From an uncultured candidate division Zixibacteria bacterium (GTDB lineage: Bacteria; Zixibacteria; MSB-5A5; GN15; PGXB01), in contig OY969724.1 of NCBI GenBank assembly GCA_963702205.1, positions 2,496,001-2,560,000 on the forward strand: a stretch of DNA of 64,000 bases, read 5' to 3'. A program made the position numbers and the translations under genes. Within the stretch, counting starts at the first letter, position 1, and every line of letters begins with the position of its first letter. Positions 20,809 to 29,698 of the stretch are shown here, piece after piece. The notes below the pieces were generated by a model. The model worked only from the letters and a program-made list of their open reading frames with translations, had not been told where the DNA came from and searched no databases.

Positions 20809-21599
20809 TGGAACTAAAGCTCAAAGATCGCGTAGCGCTGGTGACGGGTGCGTCGAGCGGGCTCGGATTCGCTACGGCTCTGGCGCTGTCCGAAGAAGGC
20901 GCGCGGGTGATAATAAATTCCCGATCTCTGGCGAATCTTGAAGCAGCCGCCGATCGTATCGAAAAACAAACCGGCCTGCGGCCGCACGTGATCGAGGGCG
21001 ACTTGTCCGCAACCGGGGAGAGCGAACGAGTGGTCGAAAAAGCCGGGTCATATTTTAAAGCAATTGATATTCTTGTCGCCAACGCCGGCGGACCACCATC
21101 TGGTGAATTCATGGGTTTGTCCAAAGAAAATTGGTCCGAGTCGGCCAGGCTGACGCTGTTTTCGGCAATTGATCTCGCACGGGCGGTGATTCCCGGGATG
21201 GCGCAAAGGAACTGGGGACGGATCATATTAATTACCTCGCTATCCGTCAAACAACCGGCCCCGGGGCTGATTATATCCAATACTTTCCGGGCCGGTGTGA
21301 CCGGTTTCGCCAAATCGATTTCAAACGAGCTGGCAGCCAACGGCATTACGGTCAACACCGTCTGTCCCGGCTTTACGAACACGGAACGCCTGGGCTATCT
21401 GGCCGAGAAACAGGCGAAAGCCAAAGGAGTCACGCCTGAAGATATATTCAAAGACTGGGTCAATGATATTCCAGCGGGGCGGCTGGGCGAACCGTCTGAG
21501 CTGGCCGCTATGATATGTTTTCTGGCGTCTGAAAAGGCGTCGTACATTACAGGCACATCGATTCCGGTGGACGGCGGATACGTTAAAGGGTTGCTTTAA
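20808..21599 (+). CDS. SDR family oxidoreductase
   Basis: VTGASSGLG, NAGG, GITVNTVCPG and VDGG. Confidence 0.92.
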   Translation: MELKLKDRVALVTGASSGLGFATALALSEEGARVIINSRSLANLEAAADRIEKQTGLRPHVIEGDLSATGESERVVEKAGSYFKAIDILVANAGGPPSGEFMGLSKENWSESARLTLFSAIDLARAVIPGMAQRNWGRIILITSLSVKQPAPGLIISNTFRAGVTGFAKSISNELAANGITVNTVCPGFTNTERLGYLAEKQAKAKGVTPEDIFKDWVNDIPAGRLGEPSELAAMICFLASEKASYITGTSIPVDGGYVKGLL

Positions 21600-21650
21600 C
21601 GAGGACCGCCTACATCATGACATACAACCTATTGCGCATATCCACTCGTG

Positions 21651-22601
21651 ATGACTCTGTCCAATAACGGGAACGCTTTCAAAAAGCCGCTGTGGATTTT
21701 ATTCGCTATACTCGTCGGGCATCAGATAATTAATGCCGCTGCTTTTCCGGTCGCTAAAATCGGCCTATTTCAATTCGATCCGCTGGTATACGCTTTTTAT
21801 CGGTTCTTATTTTGTACCCTTGGTTATTTGCCGTTTCTGATTTTTATTCGTCGCCAGACTCCCATCGCCCGCAAGGACAGGTGGAAAATATTCGGCATCG
21901 GTTTGTTGCTGATTCCTTTCAATCAGGTGCTGTTTTTAATCGGCCAGAAAATGACGAGCGCCGGGCATGCCAGCGTCCTTTTTGCCACCACACCGATATT
22001 CGTTTATCTTCTGGCCATCAAATTCCTCGGTGAAAAGCTGACGGCCGTCAGATCGACCGGGATTTTAATCGCCCTGACAGGTGTTATGATCATTCTCTTT
22101 TCTGGAAAAATACGGTTCGGCAGTGAGTATCTGATCGGTGATTTGCTTGTTCTTGTGGCCGTGATGGCGTGGGCGGCGGCCATGGTTGCGGGCAAGCCTC
22201 TGGCGTCGCGCTACGGGGCGTTTCGTGTGATGGGGACGGCGCTGGGTTACGGTTCCCTGGTGTACATGCCTTTCGGAATGATTATGGCCGTGCGCTACGA
22301 TTATCAAAATATCAATTATCAGGGCTGGCTGAGTATCGTGTATATGGCAGTGGTTGTGTCCATATTCGGGTATGTCATCTGGTACTGGGTTTTGAAATAT
22401 CTCGAGGCATCGCAGGTGGCGGTTCTTCAGAACATACAGCCAGTGGCGGCGACGGCTATGGCGGCCGTGATGCTCGGCGAACCGATAACGCCTAATCTTA
22501 TTGTCGGTGGCATAATAGTCATTGGCGGCGTTATTCTAGCCCAGGTCAGGACCGGTGGCAAGGTGCTCGCTTTTGACGATAAAGTTATTATAAGCAAATA
22601 G
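21651..22601 (+). CDS. DMT/EamA family transporter
   Basis: About 10 hydrophobic helices in two EamA repeats (FLGEKL, MLGEPI). Confidence 0.9.
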   Translation: MTLSNNGNAFKKPLWILFAILVGHQIINAAAFPVAKIGLFQFDPLVYAFYRFLFCTLGYLPFLIFIRRQTPIARKDRWKIFGIGLLLIPFNQVLFLIGQKMTSAGHASVLFATTPIFVYLLAIKFLGEKLTAVRSTGILIALTGVMIILFSGKIRFGSEYLIGDLLVLVAVMAWAAAMVAGKPLASRYGAFRVMGTALGYGSLVYMPFGMIMAVRYDYQNINYQGWLSIVYMAVVVSIFGYVIWYWVLKYLEASQVAVLQNIQPVAATAMAAVMLGEPITPNLIVGGIIVIGGVILAQVRTGGKVLAFDDKVIISK

Positions 22602-22612
22602 GGTAAAACGTT

Positions 22613-23282
22613 ATGTACAATGGAAATAATAAAAACGACGCCGGGTATGAAACATGGTCGGTGTTTCGGATAATGTCGGAATTTGTCGAAGGGTTCGAGA
22701 CGTTGAGAACGCTTCATCCGGCCGTGTCGATATTTGGTTCCTCGGCGCTTCCGCCCGGCTCCCAGGACCTGTCTTCTGGCCGAAAAGATCGCCCGTCGCC
22801 TGTCAGACGAAGGTTTCTCGATTATAACCGGGGGCGGTCCGAGCGTCATGGAAGCGGCCAACAAAGGCGCCAAAAAAGGGAAGTCGAAATCGATCGGGCT
22901 GAATATTGAGATTCCAACCGAACAGCGCACCAATACATACCAGGATATTTCGCTGCATTTTAGATATTTTTTCGCACGCAAAGTAATGTTCGTGAAATAC
23001 GCCTCGGCGTTTGTTATAATGCCGGGTGGGTTCGGAACCCTTGATGAGCTTTTCGAATCTTTAACCCTGATTCAAACCCAGAAAATATTTAACCTGCCGG
23101 TAGTGCTGGTCGGCTCTAAGTTCTGGGGCGGGTTGATCGACTGGATTGTATCGAGTCCCATAAAAGAGGGAACCCTGACCAATGCGGATTTGACGCTGTT
23201 TTCGATGACCGATGATCCTGAAGAAGTCGTGCAGATAATTAAAGAAGGTTACGAAAAGGTCCGTCGCTCGCGGGCAATTTAG
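22613..23282 (+). CDS. LOG family (TIGR00730) nucleotide-monophosphate phosphoribohydrolase, frameshifted at ~22761-22763
   Basis: The N-terminal part (WSVFRIMSEFVEGF..VSIFGS) and C-terminal part (ITGGGP, RKVMFVKY, PGGFGTLDE) are in different frames. Removing one C joins them (~222 aa). Confidence 0.85.
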
Positions 23283-23298
23283 CATTATAATAAAATAG

Positions 23299-23333
23299 AA
23301 AAGGCCGGACCGTAATTGATCCGGCCTTTTTTT
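23299..23333. terminator. Bidirectional terminator between convergent genes
   Basis: AAAAGGCCGGA...TCCGGCCTTTTTTT. Confidence 0.8.
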
Positions 23334-24456
23334 ATTCGGCCAGGTTTTCTTCGGAGAACGCTTTTTCCAGAGCGGGGTCGGTGAAAACGCCATCCTTGCG
23401 GATGAGTTTGTCGTCGAACCAGATTTCTCCGCCGCCATATTCTTTTCTCTGTATCAACACCAGGTCCCAGTGTATCGCGGAGATATTTCCATTGGGTGCT
23501 TCATCGTAGCAGCAACCGGGAGTTAAGTGGAACGAACCGCGAATTTTTTCATCGAAGAGCGTGTCTTTCATCGGCTCCATAACGAAAGGATTGAGCCCGA
23601 TGGCGAATTCTCCGATATACCGACCGCCTTCATCGGTGTCGAGAATCTTGTTCATCTTTTCTGCGTTGTCGCAAGTGGCCTTGATTATCTTCCCGTTTTC
23701 AAAAGTGAACTTAATGTCGTTATAGACGGTGCCTTCGTAGAGCGAGGGGGTGTTATAGGCAATCGTTCCGTTAATCGATTCGCGGACCGGCGCGGTGTAG
23801 ACTTCGCCGTCGGGGATGTTGCGGGTACCATCGCATTTGACATTAGGGATATCTTTGATCGAAAAGGTCAGATCGGTGCCGGGGCCTTTGATGTGGACGC
23901 GATCGGTTTTGTTCATCAGTTCCACCAGCGGCTCCATCGCCACGGACATTTTGGCGTAGTTCAGATTGCAGACGTCATAATAGAAATCCTCGAATTTCTC
24001 CTGCGACGTCTCCGCCAACTGAGCCATGGCGCTGTTCGGATAGCGCATGACGACCCACTTGGTTCGTTTTACACGCTCCTCAAGGTGCACCGGTTTGTAG
24101 AAAATCTTCTGGTATTTTTCCATTTGGTCGCGGTCGATATCGGCCAGGTCGAAGGAATTTTCCGAGCCGCGAATTCCTATATACGCGGCGGCGCGCTTCA
24201 TCATTTCGAGGTGATAGTCGCCGAGTGCCTTGAATTGGTCATCGGAGGCCGTGCGTATGAAATGCCGCAGGATGGAATCGTCGTTGTAGTACCAAAACGG
24301 TACGCCGCCTCTCTCGGTGGCATAACGCACTAGCTCCCGGCCCAGGTCAAGGGCGGCCAGGCCTTTGACTTCGATATAGACTATCTCTCCGGGCTTGAGG
24401 TCAACCGAATAATCGATAAGACTTTTTGCAAGTGTGGTATTTCTGGGGTCTTTCAT
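23332..24456 (-). CDS. M29 family aminopeptidase (AmpS/aminopeptidase II-like)
   Basis: NIPDGEVYTAP, IGEFAIG, TLFDEKI, SFHLTPG and SAIHWDLV. Confidence 0.93.
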   Translation of the reverse strand: MKDPRNTTLAKSLIDYSVDLKPGEIVYIEVKGLAALDLGRELVRYATERGGVPFWYYNDDSILRHFIRTASDDQFKALGDYHLEMMKRAAAYIGIRGSENSFDLADIDRDQMEKYQKIFYKPVHLEERVKRTKWVVMRYPNSAMAQLAETSQEKFEDFYYDVCNLNYAKMSVAMEPLVELMNKTDRVHIKGPGTDLTFSIKDIPNVKCDGTRNIPDGEVYTAPVRESINGTIAYNTPSLYEGTVYNDIKFTFENGKIIKATCDNAEKMNKILDTDEGGRYIGEFAIGLNPFVMEPMKDTLFDEKIRGSFHLTPGCCYDEAPNGNISAIHWDLVLIQRKEYGGGEIWFDDKLIRKDGVFTDPALEKAFSEENLAE

Positions 24457-24534
24457 ATATCGGGTCCTTTCTTGTTATTGCTCGATAATAAAGCATAACC
24501 GCCGTTTTGGCAAGAGTGTGCCGAACAATTTGAA

Positions 24535-25332
24535 ATGAGGTTTGTTTTCACAAATATGCCTTGTGGAAAAAGAAGTAATATTTTTATTGGCACGTCCGGA
24601 TACAGCTATGACGACTGGCTGGGGAATTTTTATCCTCAGTTTTGTTCGGCCAAAGATTACCTCAGGTTTTATGCCTCTATTTTCAAAACGGTGGAATTGA
24701 ATTCGACTTTCTACCGCATTCCGGATGAAGCGACCGTCAAGAATTGGAAAAAGGTCACGCCCGACGATTTCGTGTTCTCGGCCAAGTTTCCGCGTATCGT
24801 GACGCATGAAGGAAGCATTAATTCGAGGGTTCAGGTGGCCGGTAAATTTATATCAACGATGCAAATATTGGGAAGCAAGCTGGGAGTGTTGCTGCTTCAG
24901 TTTCCATATGCCTTCAAGCCCGAACAGCACGGTTCGATGCTCGCGGAATTGCTCTCGGTCATGCCGAACGACATTAAAGTGGCGGTTGAGCTGCGCAATC
25001 GTAAGTGGCTGGGCAACAGCCTGTATGCCGACCTGCAAAAACGGGGCATTTGCCTGGTTATGATAGACCACCCGTGGATGCCGAAACGAACAGACTTTAC
25101 GGCCGACTTCGCCTATTTTCGTCTTCTGGGGGACCGCAAAAAAATCGAGAATGATTTCAGTTATATCCGTTTCGAGAAGAGAGAAGATATCGAGTGGTGG
25201 AGCAAATTGGTTCAGGAATTTTCGCGGGAAAAGGGCGAGGTTTATACATATTTCAACAATCATTTTACTGGGCATTCACCCAGTTCGGCGCGTCTTATGA
25301 TGGAATTGCTTGAACTTAGCAAAGTCGATTAA
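24535..25332 (+). CDS. DUF72 domain protein
   Basis: IGTSGYSY..W.G.FYP, VELNSTFYR, LLQFP and YFNNH. Confidence 0.92.
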   Translation: MRFVFTNMPCGKRSNIFIGTSGYSYDDWLGNFYPQFCSAKDYLRFYASIFKTVELNSTFYRIPDEATVKNWKKVTPDDFVFSAKFPRIVTHEGSINSRVQVAGKFISTMQILGSKLGVLLLQFPYAFKPEQHGSMLAELLSVMPNDIKVAVELRNRKWLGNSLYADLQKRGICLVMIDHPWMPKRTDFTADFAYFRLLGDRKKIENDFSYIRFEKREDIEWWSKLVQEFSREKGEVYTYFNNHFTGHSPSSARLMMELLELSKVD

Positions 25333-25398
25333 TTTTCTTGTGTTAATCCGTTTTTATTCAGAAATTGAGGCAGATGCATATTTTGCCGGAACGTTAAA

Positions 25399-25845
25399 AT
25401 GGATAAAAAGGAAGCCAACCAATTTCTTATAGTAAGCCTGGCCGATAAGCAGTACGCGATAAACCTGATCCACGCCGTGGAAATCATAGATCCTCGCAAG
25501 TCGCACCTCGCCGGTGCTGCCATAAATAAGCTCCCGAAGGCTTTCGAGTACGAAAATAATCAGATTCCGGTCATAGACCTCGGGCAGTATATGCAGACTG
25601 AAGCGCGTGAGATGGCCCCGGACAGAATACTGGTCGTCACCGAATGCACCGGAGGCAGGGCGGCTTTCGTGGTCGATTCGGCCGATGAAATCCTCAGGAT
25701 AGATTCCGGCAGCGCGGAAGGCACGGTTGTGCCGTCAGAAAGTGCCGGCGATGAGTTAATCGAAGCGCGTCTCAATACGGATGACAGAAATATTCCCGTG
25801 GTCAATCTGCCGGGGATTTATAAACTGTCCGGTGTCATTAAATAA
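25399..25845 (+). CDS. CheW-like domain protein
   Basis: QFLIVSL..YAINL..EII, IPVIDL, ILVV..AFVVD. Confidence 0.75.
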   Translation: MDKKEANQFLIVSLADKQYAINLIHAVEIIDPRKSHLAGAAINKLPKAFEYENNQIPVIDLGQYMQTEAREMAPDRILVVTECTGGRAAFVVDSADEILRIDSGSAEGTVVPSESAGDELIEARLNTDDRNIPVVNLPGIYKLSGVIK

Positions 25846-25868
25846 TCCAAGGTTCTTATCCTGATTCC

Positions 25869-27089
25869 ATGCTAAAAAGCCTTAAAGAATTCGACCATCG
25901 CCTTTGGATTTTGGCCGTAGGCTGGTTTACATCGGCTCTGGGCTTCGCGCTGGTAATTCCATTCATCGCCATTTACTTTCACGGTGAAGGAATGAGCCTG
26001 GCTCAGATCGGGCTGTTTTTCGGTCTTACGGCCATTATACGAGCGTCGGTGCAGGCGTACGGAGGTGAGCTGTCCGACCGCGTCGGGCGGTATCGCCTGA
26101 TGGTGCTGGCGCAATTGTGCCGGGCGGCGAACTTTATAGTTCTGGCCGGGGCGATACATTATGCATGGGGGCTGATAATTGTGTGCGGCCTGATAATCAT
26201 AAATTCCGTTTTCGGGGCGCTGTTTCAGCCGTCGGCCAATTCGATGGTCGCCGATCTGGTGGGAAACAAGCGCCGCACCGAGGCTTTCGCGATTGTCCGC
26301 GCGGCGGGCAACCTGGGCTGGGCGGTGGGTCCGGCGGTCGGGGGATATCTGGCGGCCAGCTCTCTCGGATTTTTATTTCTGTTGTCCGGGTGCATGACCG
26401 CCGTATCGGGGAGTATCGTTTTCAAGTTCCTCAAAGACGTTGCATTCAATCGCAGAACAGGGGCGGATTCGAAATTCAGGGACATGTTTATCATAAAAGG
26501 CAATGAAACACTTTTTCGTCACGCCGGGCTTTTATTTATACTCTATCTGGTCGTGGCTCACCTGATGGCGCCTCTGTCGCTTTATACGGTTGATTTCTGC
26601 GGGCTTAAAGAATCTCAACTCGGTTTTCTATATATGTTGAACGGTTTGATGGTTGTTCTTCTGCAACTTCCGGTCGCGCGCATGATGATGCCTTTCCGGC
26701 TGACATCCCAAATGGCCGTGGGCGCCTTTGTCTACGCAATCGGGTACTTTATGGTTGGTTTGTCGGCGCAATACACCCTGTTTATTGTCGCCATTATAAT
26801 CATCACGTCGGGAGAGCTGCTAATTTCTCCGCCGGCGCTGGCTATAACGGCCAATCTGGCGCCACCGGATAAGGTCGGACGCTATATGGGCATTTACGGG
26901 CTTGCGGTGACCGGGGGGTGGTCGCTGGGCCCCGTGGTGGGGAGTTTACTGCTCGATTTATTTAAGCCGGAGTTTATATATTCATGGGCGACAATATCAT
27001 CTCTGGCCATAATTGCCGGGATCGGATTCGTACGGCTGCGACGCCATATAGCTCCGGAAATTAACCAGTTCAGGGACGTCATCACATAA
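25869..27089 (+). CDS. MFS transporter
   Basis: About 12 TM segments; motif A GELSDRVGR; GRYMGIYG. Confidence 0.92.
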   Translation: MLKSLKEFDHRLWILAVGWFTSALGFALVIPFIAIYFHGEGMSLAQIGLFFGLTAIIRASVQAYGGELSDRVGRYRLMVLAQLCRAANFIVLAGAIHYAWGLIIVCGLIIINSVFGALFQPSANSMVADLVGNKRRTEAFAIVRAAGNLGWAVGPAVGGYLAASSLGFLFLLSGCMTAVSGSIVFKFLKDVAFNRRTGADSKFRDMFIIKGNETLFRHAGLLFILYLVVAHLMAPLSLYTVDFCGLKESQLGFLYMLNGLMVVLLQLPVARMMMPFRLTSQMAVGAFVYAIGYFMVGLSAQYTLFIVAIIIITSGELLISPPALAITANLAPPDKVGRYMGIYGLAVTGGWSLGPVVGSLLLDLFKPEFIYSWATISSLAIIAGIGFVRLRRHIAPEINQFRDVIT

Positions 27090-29673
27090 TGACAACGAAC
27101 TTGCCTATCTGGTTGCCGTATTCCGATTCGACCGAATAATAGTATATCCCTGACATAATCGACATGTGGTTGCGGGAAATCATATCCCACTGATCGTGCA
27201 TCGACCCGGGGCTGCCGGGCGCGTAATCATGGTTGACGGTGGCGACCAGATCCCCGTCAATGGTAAATATGCGAATGGTACATTTGGGTGGGAGATTGGC
27301 AAAATGCAGAGCCCTCGTATAATCTGCGGGCAGCCCCTGCTGGCCCTCTTCCCAGCCTTCATAACGTCCCCGGTAGCCACCATTAATAAAGTAGGGATTC
27401 GGATATACGACTACTTTGAGCCCGTTTTGTATCACAAGATCGGTGGAATTCTCGGCGTATTCGCGGATGGCATTGTCGGCCGGGTTGGTTTCTATGGGGG
27501 CAAGCCCCCTGGATGGATCACCATGATCGAAGGCACTCACGGATACATAGTACGATTTCGAGGGAAGCAAACCGTGGATTATATAGCGGTATTCATAATA
27601 TTTAAACCGGCCTTCGGGTGTCAGCACTTCCGGCCAGTACATCCTGGCGCTGTCGAGATCGCTGGTCGGAGGCGGTGACTCGTACGGGTAGACTTTAAAA
27701 ATGGCACTCGAATCCGTAGTCGTGGATTGATTCCAGTCGTGGCGAGTGAAAAAGAACTGTTCGGTTTCCTGCGTCGAATAGTTGTAATGCGGAAACAGAT
27801 GGTTCTGCGAGCTGTAATTTTCGGGTTCGAAATTCTCACCATAGAGTTGACGCAATTGCTGCAAAGTAAAAGGCGGCTGGACAACGGACCACGTATGGTA
27901 ATCGGTGTCGTATTCCCACCGGTCGTAATTTTCAATATCGTAGGATGCCAGCATGGTGAATCCATTGGCGAAACCGGTTTCCGACACGTACACCCGGTAG
28001 CCTTCGAAATCAGGAAGTTGAGAAAATTGGTCCGGCTCGGTTTCGCTTTTAACTCCGTTCCAGCGGACTTCAATCGTGCCCTGATTGAATTCGTCCACTT
28101 TGGGATAGAGAGTAAAATTCGGTGCGGGCGGCGGGGCGGCTCCTCTAAAGTCGGGCACGCCGTCGCCCTCATAGTACAAAGTATCTCTTTTGGCGTAATC
28201 GAAGGTCGTGTCGATTATGGTATCCTTGGGCAAATAAAGAGTATCTATTTCAAGGATTTTTTTTCCAATATTATAAACGTGATATTTGCCTTTATAACCG
28301 TCGCCGTCGGTATCGATGCCGGGGTTATCGAAAATCCAGGAGGCCCAGAGAGAGTTCAGCCCGAGATAGGCAAGATTGTGAGTCGGTCCCGGCGTGCGCC
28401 AGTCGCGATGATAGTGCTGACCCATGACCACGGCAAAGGTAAAGGGGGCAAAATCTCCCGGACCCAGGGTATATGGTCCCGTAGATATGACATATTTGAC
28501 ATCGCCGCCACCCTGAAGCTGGTCGATATTCTCGGGCGGCGGCAGCCAGCCGTCGGCGGAATGATCGCGCTGGGCATCGGTCAGATCATAGTCAATTTCG
28601 CCGTTGGCCATAAGGAAATACTTTTCGGCGTCGCTTCGAGGTTCACCGAGATAGCCGCCGAAATACCGCACGGGAATCCCCGCCGGAGGTCTTTTATAGG
28701 GACCCCAGTTGAGTCCGCTAAAATAATCGTTGACCCACCAGTTAAAAGTGACGCGCACTGTATCGGCCGGAGTCCGAAGCACTTTTATTCCCGCCGCCGC
28801 GGTCGGGGAGTATATCCCCTGGTAATCGCCGGTGATCGGGTTGGGGTCACCGTCGTTGTCGGCCGCCCAGACCACATTGATGGTATCGATCAAACCGGCA
28901 ATATACGGAGAAGGCATGGTCTTGTAGAAGCCGACGATGTCGTCGCGGGCGCTGCCTTTATTCTCGGTATAAATGTCATTGTCGACGTATAATCCGATAT
29001 ACAGCCCTTTTATATCTCTGAACGTTATATTCCCGATTTTAAGATCGAAAAGTATAAAGTCGTCGGCGTAATCATAACCCCAGGCGTAGCTGCGCTGGAT
29101 GACTTTCACACCGATCGGGCGGTGCACCCGGCCGGTGGCATTATCAAAACCGGTCAGGTCGCGAATGTCGAGAGTGTCGCAATAATAGCACTCAAAATCC
29201 TGCTGAGAAACGGCGTCCTGGAATTCCGGAGATGCGCGGTCGTTGGTCGAACGGATGATAATATGGCTGTTGGGCAGCGTGTCCGGCCAGAATTCCGAGG
29301 CCTGATCCCAGTCGCCCCATCCGGCCGTAGATACGAGCGTATCGCGCCCGACAATGGCCCCGATCCAAAGGCGCATGCCCCAAAGGTACGTATTTTCCGT
29401 ATTTGTGGGGTAGGTCAGTGATTGAGCGTATTGCCCCGAAAAGGGGTCGAGCAGGGGAACATCGGTATCCTTCCCGAATATCCCGAAATTGGTAATCATC
29501 ATGTTAATCTGGTTGAGGTTCTGTGACGCGATTTCCCGGATAGGATAAAGCTGGTTGGATTGGGATTTCTGTATACCGTTTCTTTGCGGCTCGAACGACG
29601 GGCGGGCATTAATAGAGGCGGTTAGTGAGGTTAATAGAATGGCTAACAAAGCGGTCCTGGCGATATGTCTCAT
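27082..29673 (-). CDS. Large secreted protein, paralog D of a four-gene tandem family, with FN3-like and FlgD-Ig/T9SS-like C-terminal domains
   Basis: Signal peptide; family motifs WIGAIVGRDTLVS, ADNDGDP, GDGVPDF and DFEGYR; C-terminus VVVYPNPY..FANLP.KCTIRIFT..WD..SGIYYY. Confidence 0.85.
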   Translation of the reverse strand: MRHIARTALLAILLTSLTASINARPSFEPQRNGIQKSQSNQLYPIREIASQNLNQINMMITNFGIFGKDTDVPLLDPFSGQYAQSLTYPTNTENTYLWGMRLWIGAIVGRDTLVSTAGWGDWDQASEFWPDTLPNSHIIIRSTNDRASPEFQDAVSQQDFECYYCDTLDIRDLTGFDNATGRVHRPIGVKVIQRSYAWGYDYADDFILFDLKIGNITFRDIKGLYIGLYVDNDIYTENKGSARDDIVGFYKTMPSPYIAGLIDTINVVWAADNDGDPNPITGDYQGIYSPTAAAGIKVLRTPADTVRVTFNWWVNDYFSGLNWGPYKRPPAGIPVRYFGGYLGEPRSDAEKYFLMANGEIDYDLTDAQRDHSADGWLPPPENIDQLQGGGDVKYVISTGPYTLGPGDFAPFTFAVVMGQHYHRDWRTPGPTHNLAYLGLNSLWASWIFDNPGIDTDGDGYKGKYHVYNIGKKILEIDTLYLPKDTIIDTTFDYAKRDTLYYEGDGVPDFRGAAPPPAPNFTLYPKVDEFNQGTIEVRWNGVKSETEPDQFSQLPDFEGYRVYVSETGFANGFTMLASYDIENYDRWEYDTDYHTWSVVQPPFTLQQLRQLYGENFEPENYSSQNHLFPHYNYSTQETEQFFFTRHDWNQSTTTDSSAIFKVYPYESPPPTSDLDSARMYWPEVLTPEGRFKYYEYRYIIHGLLPSKSYYVSVSAFDHGDPSRGLAPIETNPADNAIREYAENSTDLVIQNGLKVVVYPNPYFINGGYRGRYEGWEEGQQGLPADYTRALHFANLPPKCTIRIFTIDGDLVATVNHDYAPGSPGSMHDQWDMISRNHMSIMSGIYYYSVESEYGNQIGKFVVIM

Positions 29674-29698
29674 CAAAGTTTTCCTGTCAGTAACTCCT

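Noticed and set aside
27727..28992. 421 aa plus-strand ORF, and similar long antisense ORFs (3017-3841, 23527-24333, 45053-46057)
   Set aside because: Each lies wholly opposite a well-supported gene and shows no recognisable motifs. Such shadows are expected from codon bias.
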